In this document: one piece after another, positions 1-10,352 of the stretch
How positions within the stretch are numbered: the first letter of the stretch is position 1
Layout: each line of letters starts with the position of its first letter
Source: an uncultured Gammaproteobacteria bacterium
GTDB lineage: Bacteria; Pseudomonadota; Gammaproteobacteria; UBA6002
Assembly (NCBI GenBank): GCA_963705725.1
Contig: CAVPKM010000009.1
Coordinates: 1 to 64,000 of the forward strand
Reading direction: 5' to 3'
DNA: 64,000 nucleotides
Notes under the pieces: generated by a model
What the model was told of the DNA's origin: nothing
The model's input: the letters and a program-made list of their open reading frames with translations, nothing else
Database searches by the model: none
Program-made: the position numbers and the translations under genes

Positions 1-85
1 TAGAAGCGGATACCTAAAGCTCGGCGGGTCGCCAAAGCTATGGCCTAATGCCTGCCCGAACGGCTGGCCTTTGGCTTTGAGCTTC

Positions 86-639
86 TTACCGAGCTGCGGT
101 ACTGGTCCCAGGTTTATGGGGACATGTTGTATCCGACTGCTTCGAACCACGATTTGCGGTAGGCGCTTTCGTTGCCGACAATGCACCACGGCACGCCGAG
201 CCACCGCTTGCCGTTATTGGCGACGGCCGTCGATTCGTCATAAAAGCCGCCTCATCCTTGCCGACTTTCTCGGTGATATCGCTCACATCGACGGTACTGT
301 TGGCGTAAAGCTGCGGCCAATTGTTCAGCGCGCAGATGACGTCGGGGCCGGCACCGGACTGAATCGCAGCGGTGGTACGCGCCTGGATGTCGTTGCCGTT
401 GATCATCTCGATAGTAAGCGTGATGCCCAAATCCTTGGCGCATTGCGGGGCGATCTGGTTGCGCAAAAGCGTGTCCGTTGGGGAATGAAATCGTTCCAGC
501 GTAACCAATGCAGCGTTGTGCCCTGGGAAAACGCGGGCGCCTTGCCGGATGCCAATATGGCCGCCATACCGCCGCTGCTCGCGGCCAGCGTCCCAGCGCC
601 GGAAATTTTCAGGAATTTTCGCCTACTAATGCGTGGCAT
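86..639 (-). pseudogene. ABC transporter substrate-binding protein N-terminal fragment with Tat signal, frameshifted; foreign to the main genome
   Basis: MPRISRRKFLK Tat motif, then LHWLRWNDF and, in another frame, TAAIQSGAGPDV...NNWPQLY; GC much higher than the rest of the window. Confidence 0.6.
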
Positions 640-737
640 GATAGCTCCTCCCTGATATTACATCCGTCATTGCGGATTGTTTTTATACGCTTAAGGCTAC
701 GACCGCGGCTTGCCCATGTCCATGGGGCAACGGCACA

Positions 738-1195
738 TTGTCTGGTGCGGGATCGTGCCCTAAATCGAAATCTGGCGGCCGATCTCTACCGTACCGCCGG
801 CTCGGCAGGCGGAAGATTGTGAACGGCAAAATCCTGCCCGACTATTTTCATTCCGGGCTGGATTTTGCCGCCGGCATGGGCAGTCCTATTTATGCGACGG
901 CACCGGGTACGGTGGTACTGGCCCAGGATGGTGGCGTCTTTAAATTACACTTGGCAACATGGTGGCTATCGACCACGGCCAAGGTGGTGTCCTTTTACAT
1001 TCATATGAAAAAGGTGCTGGTGAAAAAGGGCCAGCCAGTAAAACAGGGCGATGAAATTGGTCTGGTGGGCAGACCGGCAGGGCCAATGGTCCCCATCTGC
1101 ATTTCAGCATCTATGTAAACCAGGTGGCGTCCAGCCCAATGCAATGGTTTAACGGTCTGGGGCAATCACCGGCGGCGCAGGCAAAAGCACGATGA
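738..1195 (+). pseudogene. M23 family metallopeptidase C-terminal fragment, frameshifted
   Basis: HSGLDFA, PIYATAPGTV, YIHM, VKQGDEIGLVG; GPHLHF lies in a shifted frame. Confidence 0.7.
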
Positions 1196-1222
1196 AATAG
1201 TGAGCCGGCAATCAGGACTAAG

Positions 1223-1257
1223 ACAAAGAGGAAGAAATTCAATTTCTTCCTCTTTGT
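1223..1257. terminator. Perfect 17-bp inverted repeat, terminator-like hairpin
   Basis: acaaagaggaagaaatt-c-aatttcttcctctttgt downstream of the M23 fragment. Confidence 0.6.
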
Positions 1258-1304
1258 GTACTACTGTTTCGGGATGCCGAATTGATATCTGACTCTCGTT
1301 GTCC

Positions 1305-1420
1305 AGAGGGATTCCTGTTAGTTACCTTTGAGATGCCTGAGGGATTCCTGTTTAGTTACCTTTGAGATTCCCTATGGGTTTCCTGTTGAGATCCCTATTG
1401 AGATTCCTATTGAGATCCTG
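1305..1420. repeat. Short imperfect tandem repeats (gagattcctatt-like 12-mers; gattcctgttagttacctttgagat x2)
   Basis: Directly visible; the minus strand reads DLNRNLNRDLNR, low complexity. Confidence 0.6.
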
Positions 1421-1510
1421 GAGGAGGAGAAGAGATACCTTAGATTGTCTGGGTCTTTGTCCAGAACGCTTCTTTTATTTGTTTGGAGGAAGTCGATTCG
1501 GAATTGATGG

Positions 1511-1957
1511 TTACACTGGCTGGTGCAAAAAGAAAAACACCGTCACCGATGCGCTGCTGGTGACCATCTTATAGCCCAGCAAGCGCCCGAGAGGAAATGC
1601 AACCACTCTCTGGCTCTGCTCGTTATCAAGCAGATGCAGATTGAGCAGCACAGACTTACGCCCACGCAGATGCTCGACGATATCTATCGATTCTTCAAAT
1701 TGTCTTGGTTCGATTACCAGCACTTCGCTCATCGGTTGCGCATTGGGATGCTCAAGCACTTTGGCGCCGGTGTGGCTTGCGATGCAAGTACATGCGGGCG
1801 CACTGGCTTCATGATCGGTCGCGGACCGGATCCAAAATAATTGCCCGTTGGTAGCGTAGACGTCATCGGACGTCTCAAATAAATCTTCGAAATCTTCGCG
1901 TTCATAGTTGTCTGCAGGTCCAAACCAGAAGCTTTTGAACTTTTGAACAAGGCTCAC
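1511..1957 (-). CDS. sepF: Cell division protein SepF, cyanobacterial/Vampirovibrionia-like, with frameshifts
   Basis: SEVLVIEPRQFEE...RKSVLLNL...SQRVV; DGHQQRIGDGVFLF in a shifted frame; lies downstream of yggS as usual. Confidence 0.75.
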   Translation of the reverse strand: MSLVQKFKSFWFGPADNYEREDFEDLFETSDDVYATNGQLFWIRSATDHEASAPACTCIASHTGAKVLEHPNAQPMSEVLVIEPRQFEESIDIVEHLRGRKSVLLNLHLLDNEQSQRVVAFPLGRLLGYKMVTSSASVTVFFFLHQPV

Positions 1958-2035
1958 TACTCTCCTCCTTACCTTTTAGCTTCAAAAACTGTAAAAACCC
2001 TAATCCGGTATCCAATCCCTACTCGAAAAAAACTT

Positions 2036-2645
2036 CTAACTGTCAAAAATGGCCCTTCCGAGCCTGATCATGGTGGAACCACAGGTGATGGCTTGGTGCC
2101 AATCGTCGCTGATGCCCATTGAAAGCTGGGTCGAATGCGGTGCCATGCGCCCGGTCGAGATGATCGCGCTAAGCTCTTGAGGCCGGTGAAGCCAAAGTCT
2201 CGGCCGTCTCTTTGTCGTCCAGGGGTGTAATTGTCATCAAACCTTCTACCTTTATAGAGGTCAGACTGAGAATCTCCGGCATGCATGACCTTCGGTTCGT
2301 CCACCGTAAATCCAGATTTGGCATCGTCTGGCACTATTTTTACCTGGAGCAGAATGCTTTGCACGATCCCTTTGTGCTGCCGCTTTTGCCAACTCTTGCG
2401 CCAGTCGAAATGAGTCGACGCTATGTATGAGGGAAAAGTTTCCGACTGCCTGTTTAACTTTGTTTGTCTGCAGGTGTCCGATAAAATGCCACTGCGAATT
2501 TGATGCTACTTGTGGTGGCAGAATTTCTCTTTTCTTCAGTGCATCCTGCAGGCGATTTTCGCCAAAATCCCGCACTCCCAGATCGTGAGCTTCGGTGATT
2601 TGTCCAATGGTGGCATCTTGGTGACGGCTATTAATTTGACCGGTT
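2036..2645 (-). pseudogene. yggS: YggS/PLP homeostasis protein, 5'-truncated, multiple frameshifts
   Basis: LIAVTK, DFGENRLQDA, WHFIGHLQTNKVK, IHSVDS, LSMGISDDW...GSTMIRLGRAIF across frames. Confidence 0.8.
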
Positions 2646-3194
2646 ATTACCGAGTGTGTCTCTCACGATTGCGAGATTGTGCGCCACTTTCGAAATACCG
2701 TTTCCCTGCTTAGGCCCTGATTGCGCCCCGACTTTATTTACACTGAGATGCTTGAGATGATCGTAGGTTTTAGGTGGCCCTGATTGACGTTGGATCCGCT
2801 TTTGGATCTGGCGCCACCGCTAGACTTTTTCGTCACCGGAGGTCTTAGTCAGGCATCGTATTTGATGCCACCACCGACGCCTACTATTAAGACTCGGAAG
2901 GCATGGTTTGTCAAAGTCTCCAGAGAAAATTTATCTTGGAAGTGGTGGCGTCCCTGGTGTTTGTCAGTGGGTAAAAACTATATACAAACAACGCATTGGT
3001 GTGGGTTTTAATCGATGTTTTTGTTTATGCCGTGCATGGCTTTTGTAAAGTCGATCTGTGATATCTCATGGTGCACTAATTTTCTTTAGTCTTTGTTGCA
3101 TTCATAACCCAGACCACTCCGGCTGCTAATGTGCATGCGGTTTCACTGCGCAAAATTAGTGCCCCGAGAGTGACATTGACGAAGCCATGGGAGC

Positions 3195-3578
3195 CGATCA
3201 TTTGCAATTCTTTGAGGCTAAATCCACCCCTCAGGTCCGCTCAGGACAACTACATCCAGAGGCGCGGTAGCGGAGCTCGCGCAGGGCAGGCGGTTGTAAA
3301 GAGCTGAAACCATATCTGGTGCCTCTGAGTAGCGCTCGCTGAGAAGCAATTTGATCTTTCCCCGGTCCTTTCGCATATCCAAATTGTCCGAATCATACTG
3401 TTGGCCCTGCTGTTGAGCAATCTTCCAAATCTTAATGGTTCGAAATCCTCGGCAAAAGAGGCGTTCGCATTGCTCGCTTGCTTCCCGGCAAATGGACTGC
3501 CAGCGCTTTCCCCTGACCGCTTTCGTCTGTTTTCAATTTGACGACGCAGCGCTCGCTCTGGAAGGGTAAAATCTTGGC
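3195..3578 (-). pseudogene. rsmE: RsmE 16S rRNA m3U1498 methyltransferase internal fragment, frameshifted
   Basis: [25 protein letters not shown] and GPEG motifs across frames. Confidence 0.6.
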
Positions 3579-4067
3579 GGCACGAAAAGGCGCATACATT
3601 GGTCCGAATACCGTCTTGATGCCTTCCTTTGTCAATCTTGGGGCTTATATTGATACAGGCGTGATGGTTGATACCTGGGCGACAGTCGGACTTGTGCTCA
3701 AATGGGCAAAAATGTCCATCTCTCCGGTGGAGTGGGAATCGGGGGCGTGCTTGAGCCCTTACAAGGTAATCCTACCATTATTGAAGATAATTGTTTTATT
3801 GGGGCACGCTCAGAAATTGTAGAGGGTGTCATTGTAGAAGAAGGCTCTGTCATCTCAATGGGCGTATATATTAGCCAAAGCACAAAAATTTATGATCGAG
3901 AAAAAGATAAAATTTTCTACGGAAGAATTCCTGCCGGTTCAGTAGTGGTGCCTGGAAATTTACCCTCGGATGACGGAAAATATAGCCTATACTGCGCGGT
4001 GATAGTTAAGCAAGTAGATAGTAAAACGCGTGAAAAAGTGGGTATTAACGAATTGCTAAGGGTATAG
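3577..4067 (+). CDS. dapD: Tetrahydrodipicolinate N-succinyltransferase, 5'-truncated at the chimeric junction, 1-nt frameshift near 3690
   Basis: [14 protein letters not shown]...DTWATVG then [19 protein letters not shown]...INELLR. Confidence 0.9.
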
Positions 4068-4071
4068 GTCT

Positions 4072-5199
4072 ATGTCTAACTTACTAGCATTAACCTGCGA
4101 ACTGATTCGAGAAGTTTCTGTTACTCCCAATGACGCTAATTGTCAAAATATTCTTATCCAGCGTTTAGAAAAAATGGGCTTTATCATTGAGCGCATGCAT
4201 TTTGGTGAAGTATCGAACTTCTATGCTAGAAAAGGAAATCGTGGACCCTTACTGCTATTCGCAGGCCATACCGACGTTGTCCCTTGTGGGCCGGTTACTG
4301 CTTGGACTTCCCCACCTTTTGAGCCAACACTTAGAAACGGTCGTCTTTATGGGCGTGGCACGGCTGACATGAAAAGCAGCATTGCTGCAATGGTTTGCGC
4401 TTGTGAACAATTTCTCAGCACCCACCCTCATACCGTCGGTTCCATTGGATTTTTAATCACCAGTGATGAAGAAGGTCAAGCAATTGATGGCACAAATAAG
4501 ATTGTGGAAGAACTATTACGACGTGGTGAAGAAGTAACATGGTGTATTGTTGGAGAAGCTTCTTCAGAGAAAGCATTGGGTGATATTGTTAAAAATGGAC
4601 GTCGCGGTTCTTTAAGTGGCAATCTTCAAATCTTAGGAAAGCAAGGTCATATTGCCTACCCGCAGCTAGCCGATAACCCCATTCACAAAAGCTTACCCGC
4701 GTTACATGAATTAACAAATCGGGTTTGGGATGAAGGCAACGCTCATTTTCCTGCAACTAGCCTACAGCTGTCTAATATTCATGCGGGTACCGGCGCAACG
4801 AATGTCATTCCTTCCAGTTTAGAACTAACTTTCAACTTTAGGTATGGCACTGAGAATAATGCAGAAAATTTAAAAAGTATTGTTCACCACATTTTGGATG
4901 CTTATCACCTTGATTACAAATTAGATTGGCGGCATTCCGGCGAACCTTTTTTATCAAAGTCAGGTGAACTGCTTAAAGTCACTCATACAGCGATTAAGAA
5001 GGTAACCGGAAACCATCCGCAAACTTCAACTGCAGGTGGCACTTCTGATGGTCGGTTTATCATCAAAATGGGTTGTGAGATTTTGGAAATAGGTCCGATA
5101 AACGCGTCAATTCATCAAATTGATGAACATATTCTTATTGAAGACCTTGAACGATTGATGCAAGTTTATTATGAAATCCTTGTTTCATTAATTAGTTAA
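4072..5199 (+). CDS. dapE: Succinyl-diaminopimelate desuccinylase
   Basis: FAGHTDVVP, GRGTADMK, TSDEEG, GTSDGRF; follows dapD. Confidence 0.95.
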   Translation: MSNLLALTCELIREVSVTPNDANCQNILIQRLEKMGFIIERMHFGEVSNFYARKGNRGPLLLFAGHTDVVPCGPVTAWTSPPFEPTLRNGRLYGRGTADMKSSIAAMVCACEQFLSTHPHTVGSIGFLITSDEEGQAIDGTNKIVEELLRRGEEVTWCIVGEASSEKALGDIVKNGRRGSLSGNLQILGKQGHIAYPQLADNPIHKSLPALHELTNRVWDEGNAHFPATSLQLSNIHAGTGATNVIPSSLELTFNFRYGTENNAENLKSIVHHILDAYHLDYKLDWRHSGEPFLSKSGELLKVTHTAIKKVTGNHPQTSTAGGTSDGRFIIKMGCEILEIGPINASIHQIDEHILIEDLERLMQVYYEILVSLIS

Positions 5200-5259
5200 T
5201 TCTCGATGTAACAAACTGTTCATTCCTCACTTTGCATGGTATTCTTGCACAATTCGATA

Positions 5260-5350
5260 GGAGAGATGTCCGAGCGGTCGAAGGAGCACGCCTGGAAAGT
5301 GTGTGTACGTTAATCGCGTACCGAGGGTTCGAACCCCTCTCTCTCCGCCA
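5260..5350 (+). tRNA. tRNA-Ser(GGA)
   Basis: GGAGAGA/TCTCTCC acceptor stem, anticodon arm cacgc-ctGGAaa-gtgtg, long variable arm, GGTTCGAA T-loop, encoded CCA. Confidence 0.95.
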
Positions 5351-5355
5351 AATTT

Positions 5356-6504
5356 TCAAGGCTTTGCGCCTTCTTCAAGTAAATCCAAGTACTGACGATA
5401 CACGTAAACCTTGCCGCGTTCCTTGCCACTTATTTCCTTTAAGATTCCTATTTTTTCCATGCGATTTACTGCACTTCTCGCTGTCGGTGCAGTCATGTTT
5501 AATTCAGTCGCAAGCAAGGGAACGGTTACTTGAGGTAATTGCTTCATATATTCTAATATCTGCTCACAGGGAAATCTCGCACGCCCTAATTGTGTAATTT
5601 TTTGTAAGTCTTGATCAAAAAGATTATTAATTTGCTGTGCAGTACTCACCGCTTGTTTTGCGGACACATAGACAGCTTCTAGAAAAAATTCTAGCCACGT
5701 TTCCCAAGTTCCATGAGCACGAACCTCTTGAAGTAAGTCGTAGTAAGTATAACGATTATGTTTAAGGTAAAGGCTTAAATATAAAATAGGACTATCAAGC
5801 ATCTTGCCTGCGCATAAAAGCAAGGTGATTAACAATCTTCCAAGTCTACCGTTACCATCTAAAAAAGGATGGATTGTTTCAAATTGCACATGCAGAAGCC
5901 CCGCCTTAATTAAAACCGGGAAGCTTTCATCATGCATGAAATTTTCAAAATCGTTCAGGCATTGATTTAAATGGTCAATGGGGGGCGGCACAAATAAAGC
6001 ATTACCCGGTCTTGTGCCACCGATCCAATTCTGTGAACGTCTAAATTCACCCGGCAATTTTCCCGAACCTCGAGTACCTGAAAGTAATACACCATGAATT
6101 TCTCTAAGCAATCTAAGAGACAATGGAAAATTTTCTTTTAGGCGCTGCAATCCATAATTCATTGCATTAACATAATTTGACACTTCTTCCACATCTTCGA
6201 GCTTAACTTCAGGCTTCAGATGATGCTCAAAAAGCATCAGATCAGAAAACGAACTTTGCGTTCCTTCAATTTGACTTGAAAGCAAGGCTTCTTTACGAAT
6301 ATACATGTAAATAAACAAAGACGTATTAGGAATGCCTTTATTGAGGCTATTTAATTCGCCCAAGGCTAAAGTTGCTTTTTCAAGATAGGGATAGATGCTT
6401 ATTAAATTGATTGGGGGTTCTGGCGGTAGTTTTGGTGGAATATAAGCGCGATAAGATTCTCCCGCTATTTTTTGAGTAAGGTATGTGCCAATTCTTTTAT
6501 TCAC
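5356..6504 (-). CDS. Class II Fic family protein (N-terminal inhibitory helix, Fic domain, C-terminal wHTH)
   Basis: Intact HPFLDGNGRLGR motif and inhibitory SSQIEG; GTG start. Confidence 0.9.
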   Translation of the reverse strand: MNKRIGTYLTQKIAGESYRAYIPPKLPPEPPINLISIYPYLEKATLALGELNSLNKGIPNTSLFIYMYIRKEALLSSQIEGTQSSFSDLMLFEHHLKPEVKLEDVEEVSNYVNAMNYGLQRLKENFPLSLRLLREIHGVLLSGTRGSGKLPGEFRRSQNWIGGTRPGNALFVPPPIDHLNQCLNDFENFMHDESFPVLIKAGLLHVQFETIHPFLDGNGRLGRLLITLLLCAGKMLDSPILYLSLYLKHNRYTYYDLLQEVRAHGTWETWLEFFLEAVYVSAKQAVSTAQQINNLFDQDLQKITQLGRARFPCEQILEYMKQLPQVTVPLLATELNMTAPTARSAVNRMEKIGILKEISGKERGKVYVYRQYLDLLEEGAKP

Positions 6505-6527
6505 AAAGGGTTATCTTTTCTTAACTA

Positions 6528-6571
6528 TTTGACTAAAGAAAAGATATGCTAACATCTTTTCTTTAGTCAAA
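6528..6571. promoter_or_regulatory. 18-bp perfect inverted repeat, operator and/or terminator, upstream of fic
   Basis: tttgactaaagaaaagat-N8-atcttttctttagtcaaa; extra half-site atcttttctt at 6513. Confidence 0.6.
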
Positions 6572-6572
6572 T

Positions 6573-8402
6573 CTATTTTCTATTATCATCGCCCAAGAAT
6601 TCCCCTACTTGAGCATCCCAAAGCTGTTTGTATAGACCATTTCTGGCTAGTAATTCATGATGTGTCCCATCTTCTGCAATTTTGCCTTTATCAAACACTA
6701 ACATACGGTCCATATGCAGCAAGGTTGATAAACGATGCGCAATAACAATAGTAGTTTTATTCTGCATCAGCTCCCACAAGGATTCTTGGATCAAGCATTC
6801 GGTAACGGAATCTAGATGGCTTGTTGCTTCATCCAAAACAAGAATAGGTGCGTCTTTCAAAATAGCTCTAGCAATGGCTATTCGTTGACGCTGTCCTCCT
6901 GAAAGTTTTACACCGTGCTCTCCCACTAATGAGTCATAGCCGCGTGGTTGCTTGATAATGAATTCATGGGCATGGGCTTTTTTTGCTGCTTCAATCACCT
7001 CTTTTTCACTCGCATCTATTTTTCCATACCTTATATTGTCCATCAAACTTCTGTGAAAAAGGCTAGGATCTTGAGGAATCATAGCAATATTCGCACGCAA
7101 TGAATCCTGAGTGCAGTGACGAATATCCTGATCATCAATAAAAATAGCGCCCCCTGTCACTTCATAAAGTCGCAAGATTAAATTGACAAAAGTTGATTTT
7201 CCTCCTCCTGAATGACCAACCAAGCCTACCTTTTGGCCCGCCTTTATTTCAACAGATTTATTTCGAAATAAGATTTCGGTTTCTTTGTATTGAAATTGAA
7301 CCTTATCAAAAACTATTTTTCCTTTGATGCACTTGAGATTTATAGCATCAGGAGAATCCTTGATTTCAAGTGGCAGCATTAAAGAAATCAAGCTTTGTTT
7401 ACAGCGCCCTACTGCCTTGTTAAATTCATCGACTTCTGACATGGTGTACCACATCATATGCCCTGTCTCCATAGCCAAGCCTAAAATTAATGCAAAATCA
7501 CCTATTGTGACTAAATTTTTTCCATAAAAATAAATAAGGAAATAACACGAACAGGCCATCATGATGGCGATGAGACCTCCTTGAATTGAATGCATAATAA
7601 GTGAATACAAATAGGTTTGCGTATAAGCCTTTTGTTGCTTACCAAAAAAAGGAAGCATTCTTAAATTTTCATAGGACTTTCGGGAAAAAATTCTGACATT
7701 GCTGTGGTTGGACAGCGAATCTACTATCTCACCCACCACCACTGATTCTGCTGAAGCTTGCGCATCTGCTAAAGAAACCAGCATCTTTGACATGGCAATA
7801 CTTGTACCTGCAAAGAGTACAAACCAGACAACTAATATCAAACAAAAAATGGGATTGACAAAATAAGCGGCAATAAAAGCGGTCAATAAAAGGGAAGCGC
7901 CTCGAAAAAAATTTGAAGCAATGCTGCTTATTAACTTTTCAATCCCTTCTGCTAAATTAGTAATTTGCTTTGAAATTTTTCCTGATAAATTATCTTGATA
8001 AAATTCATGAGCTTTTCCTAAACAATAATCCATAGATTCAGCAATAATGCGATTAACAATTATGGGTATAAATTTAGCTTGAATATAGGTCAACCCTCTC
8101 CAAGTAAAATTATTAAATATAATAAAATTTATTATAATCAAGCTTGTCGGCAATATCAAAATTGAAATATTCTTGCCTCGGATATCAGGCAGCAGGTCGA
8201 TCACATGCTTAACAAGTATACTGTCAAATGGTCCCCAAAACCCGGCTATGACAGCAAGAAAAATATAAATAAAAACAGCAGATTTATAGTCCTTTAAAAA
8301 ATGCCAGATAAAGGGAAAAAGCGTTTTTGGTAATAGACTCCCTTCCTTTAGCACAGCTTTCCTCCTGGTGGCTACAAAAAATATACTTAGTCTGTTTGAC
8401 AT
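6573..8402 (-). CDS. ABC exporter, fused TMD and NBD (MsbA/MdlB-like)
   Basis: N-terminal TM helices, GHSGGGKST, LSGGQRQR, LVLDEATS, IAHRLST. Confidence 0.9.
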   Translation of the reverse strand: MSNRLSIFFVATRRKAVLKEGSLLPKTLFPFIWHFLKDYKSAVFIYIFLAVIAGFWGPFDSILVKHVIDLLPDIRGKNISILILPTSLIIINFIIFNNFTWRGLTYIQAKFIPIIVNRIIAESMDYCLGKAHEFYQDNLSGKISKQITNLAEGIEKLISSIASNFFRGASLLLTAFIAAYFVNPIFCLILVVWFVLFAGTSIAMSKMLVSLADAQASAESVVVGEIVDSLSNHSNVRIFSRKSYENLRMLPFFGKQQKAYTQTYLYSLIMHSIQGGLIAIMMACSCYFLIYFYGKNLVTIGDFALILGLAMETGHMMWYTMSEVDEFNKAVGRCKQSLISLMLPLEIKDSPDAINLKCIKGKIVFDKVQFQYKETEILFRNKSVEIKAGQKVGLVGHSGGGKSTFVNLILRLYEVTGGAIFIDDQDIRHCTQDSLRANIAMIPQDPSLFHRSLMDNIRYGKIDASEKEVIEAAKKAHAHEFIIKQPRGYDSLVGEHGVKLSGGQRQRIAIARAILKDAPILVLDEATSHLDSVTECLIQESLWELMQNKTTIVIAHRLSTLLHMDRMLVFDKGKIAEDGTHHELLARNGLYKQLWDAQVGEFLGDDNRK

Positions 8403-8471
8403 AAAAGTATAGTAGGCATCTCAACTAAATTGAAGCAAGGCAGCATAGTCAAATATTTAGCAAAATGAAAA

Positions 8472-10022
8472 CTAGCGGGATACAAAAAGTAACTGACTAT
8501 CATCGTTATCTTTTGATTGAGACATTCCCCTTTTTTCTGCTTCAATTAAGACATCAAGTATTTTTGCTAAATTCTCACCGTCGGAAAATATAGATTGAAT
8601 TCTTTCTTGAACGACATTGATTACCGTCACTAAGCCAGCCTTTACCACAATTGAATTAGATAAAAGAATGGTGACCGAATCTAAGTCACCTTTTACTGCC
8701 GCCTCTTGCAGTAATTGGTTGCCTTCAGCTTTAAATTTTACGTCTGGGTTTAACGTGATAATTATTTTGAAAATCTCAATATTATTTTTAATAATGCATT
8801 GCTGAGCAAAACTATTCAGTGCTTCACGACTAAAAATTTCATTTATTAAAAAAATTCTTGCTATTTCTGTTGCTTTTTTTTCCAACATAGAATTAATTAA
8901 TTCCTGGAAATTTGGATGGGCTAAATTTTTAATAAAATTTTTCAGCTCTTCACATGTAATAATATATTTAATAAGTTCTATTTGATTTCCCTTTATCGCA
9001 CCAAGCAAGACCGAACTAACGTAATTAAGATTATTTGCCAATAATATCTCTACTACTTTTTGATGGCCTCTTTCCGCTACAATTTCAATGCAATTAGGAA
9101 GGAGCTGAAACTTATTGCCACACACTTTCAATAAAAACTTGACGCATGCTGTATGTCCACGTTTTGCAGCCTCAGATAAAGCAAATTGTCGCTCATATTC
9201 GGCAAAAAATATGCATTGATTTTGATAAATTAATTTTCCGAAATAGCTTACTGTCTGAAGCCATTGCATTTCTGCATTTTTCATCAGTAATTTTAAAATT
9301 TTAACTTGCCCATTTTCAGCTGCAAGTTTCAAACATCCTGAAAAATTTTGATAATTTTGCTCAAGCAAACAGGCTGCCATTCGATGGTTTCCGGTTTGAC
9401 AAGCTCTATTGAAGAGTAAGATTACATTCGGACTACTTAAAAACGATTTTTTTTCTTCCTTCGTTATTGAAGCCATTAATAATGTGACAATTTCAAAATG
9501 ACTCATATTGAGTGCTACATCAAGCGCATGATGGTTAGGATCTAAACAATTCACTTCTTTATGTGCTAATAATTCTTTCACTACTGCTACATGCCCATTT
9601 TGGCTTGCTAGAAACAATGCAATGTTATTATCGTAATCTGCTGTTACTCGACTATCGAGAAGAAAATACTGCAATAAATTTATGGCACCATTATTTTCAC
9701 AGATGGAAGAGATGGCTAATTGAATAGCTTCTTGCGTTACATTCGGAATAATAAATTTAGCTTGCGGGTATTCTGTAATAATTTTTTGCAACAAATTTTC
9801 TATCGAAAAAAGATCTAACTCTGCTAATGAATATTCTGCCAGTATATTATAAAGAGGTAGCGCTCTTTGATCGACCACGAACCGATAAGTATTTTTATTT
9901 TTAATTTCTACCAGTACTTGTAGTTGTTGCCATAATTCCTCACCAGAACATTCGTCTAGTATATTAACGATTTTTGGTATTCCTTCTGAAGTGCTTCCTT
10001 CCAAAAAGTTGAATCTGAACAT
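8472..10022 (-). CDS. Ankyrin-repeat protein, putative effector
   Basis: ALFLASQNGHVAVVKELL, LAAENGQVKILKLL, AAKRGHTACVKFLL, AAVKGDLDSVTILL. Confidence 0.8.
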   Translation of the reverse strand: MFRFNFLEGSTSEGIPKIVNILDECSGEELWQQLQVLVEIKNKNTYRFVVDQRALPLYNILAEYSLAELDLFSIENLLQKIITEYPQAKFIIPNVTQEAIQLAISSICENNGAINLLQYFLLDSRVTADYDNNIALFLASQNGHVAVVKELLAHKEVNCLDPNHHALDVALNMSHFEIVTLLMASITKEEKKSFLSSPNVILLFNRACQTGNHRMAACLLEQNYQNFSGCLKLAAENGQVKILKLLMKNAEMQWLQTVSYFGKLIYQNQCIFFAEYERQFALSEAAKRGHTACVKFLLKVCGNKFQLLPNCIEIVAERGHQKVVEILLANNLNYVSSVLLGAIKGNQIELIKYIITCEELKNFIKNLAHPNFQELINSMLEKKATEIARIFLINEIFSREALNSFAQQCIIKNNIEIFKIIITLNPDVKFKAEGNQLLQEAAVKGDLDSVTILLSNSIVVKAGLVTVINVVQERIQSIFSDGENLAKILDVLIEAEKRGMSQSKDNDDSQLLFVSR

Positions 10023-10223
10023 AATCCAAAAAGCAGCGCGATTAGTGAATTTTTTTTACAGTACTCAGCCATTTGTTGGTCTTCATTCTCACTCAAGTTT
10101 TGCATTTTTTATCTCTTATGATTTGACACTCACTTAGTACATCCCTATACTGCAGGAGCATAAATCACACTATCTACAATGTTAAGCGGTTTATGTTAGG
10201 AGGCAAATTCCTCCACCAATTAT

Positions 10224-10338
10224 GGTGACCTCTTTGGTCCCTTCGCAATGATACTTTATGAACCCCGTCAGGCCCGGAAGGGAGCAGCGGTAGTAAAGGA
10301 TTCATGTGCAGAAGTGTGGCTGAAACAGGTCACCGCCC
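10224..10338 (+). ncRNA. ffs: Signal recognition particle 4.5S RNA
   Basis: Conserved domain IV GTCAGGCCCGGAAGGGAGCAGC; terminal helix ggtgacc/ggtcacc; directly upstream of dnaX. Confidence 0.9.
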
Positions 10339-10352
10339 ATTTAGAGATATCC

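Noticed and set aside
1305-1420. Possible CRISPR array (also considered the 10-bp repeat at 36349)
   Set aside because: Short tandem units without unique spacers and no cas genes nearby
5232-5597. 121-aa plus-strand ORF
   Set aside because: Overlaps tRNA-Ser and lies antisense to fic; spurious
10248-10352. N-terminal extension of DnaX in the ORF track
   Set aside because: Overlaps the SRP RNA; the real start is ATG 10353
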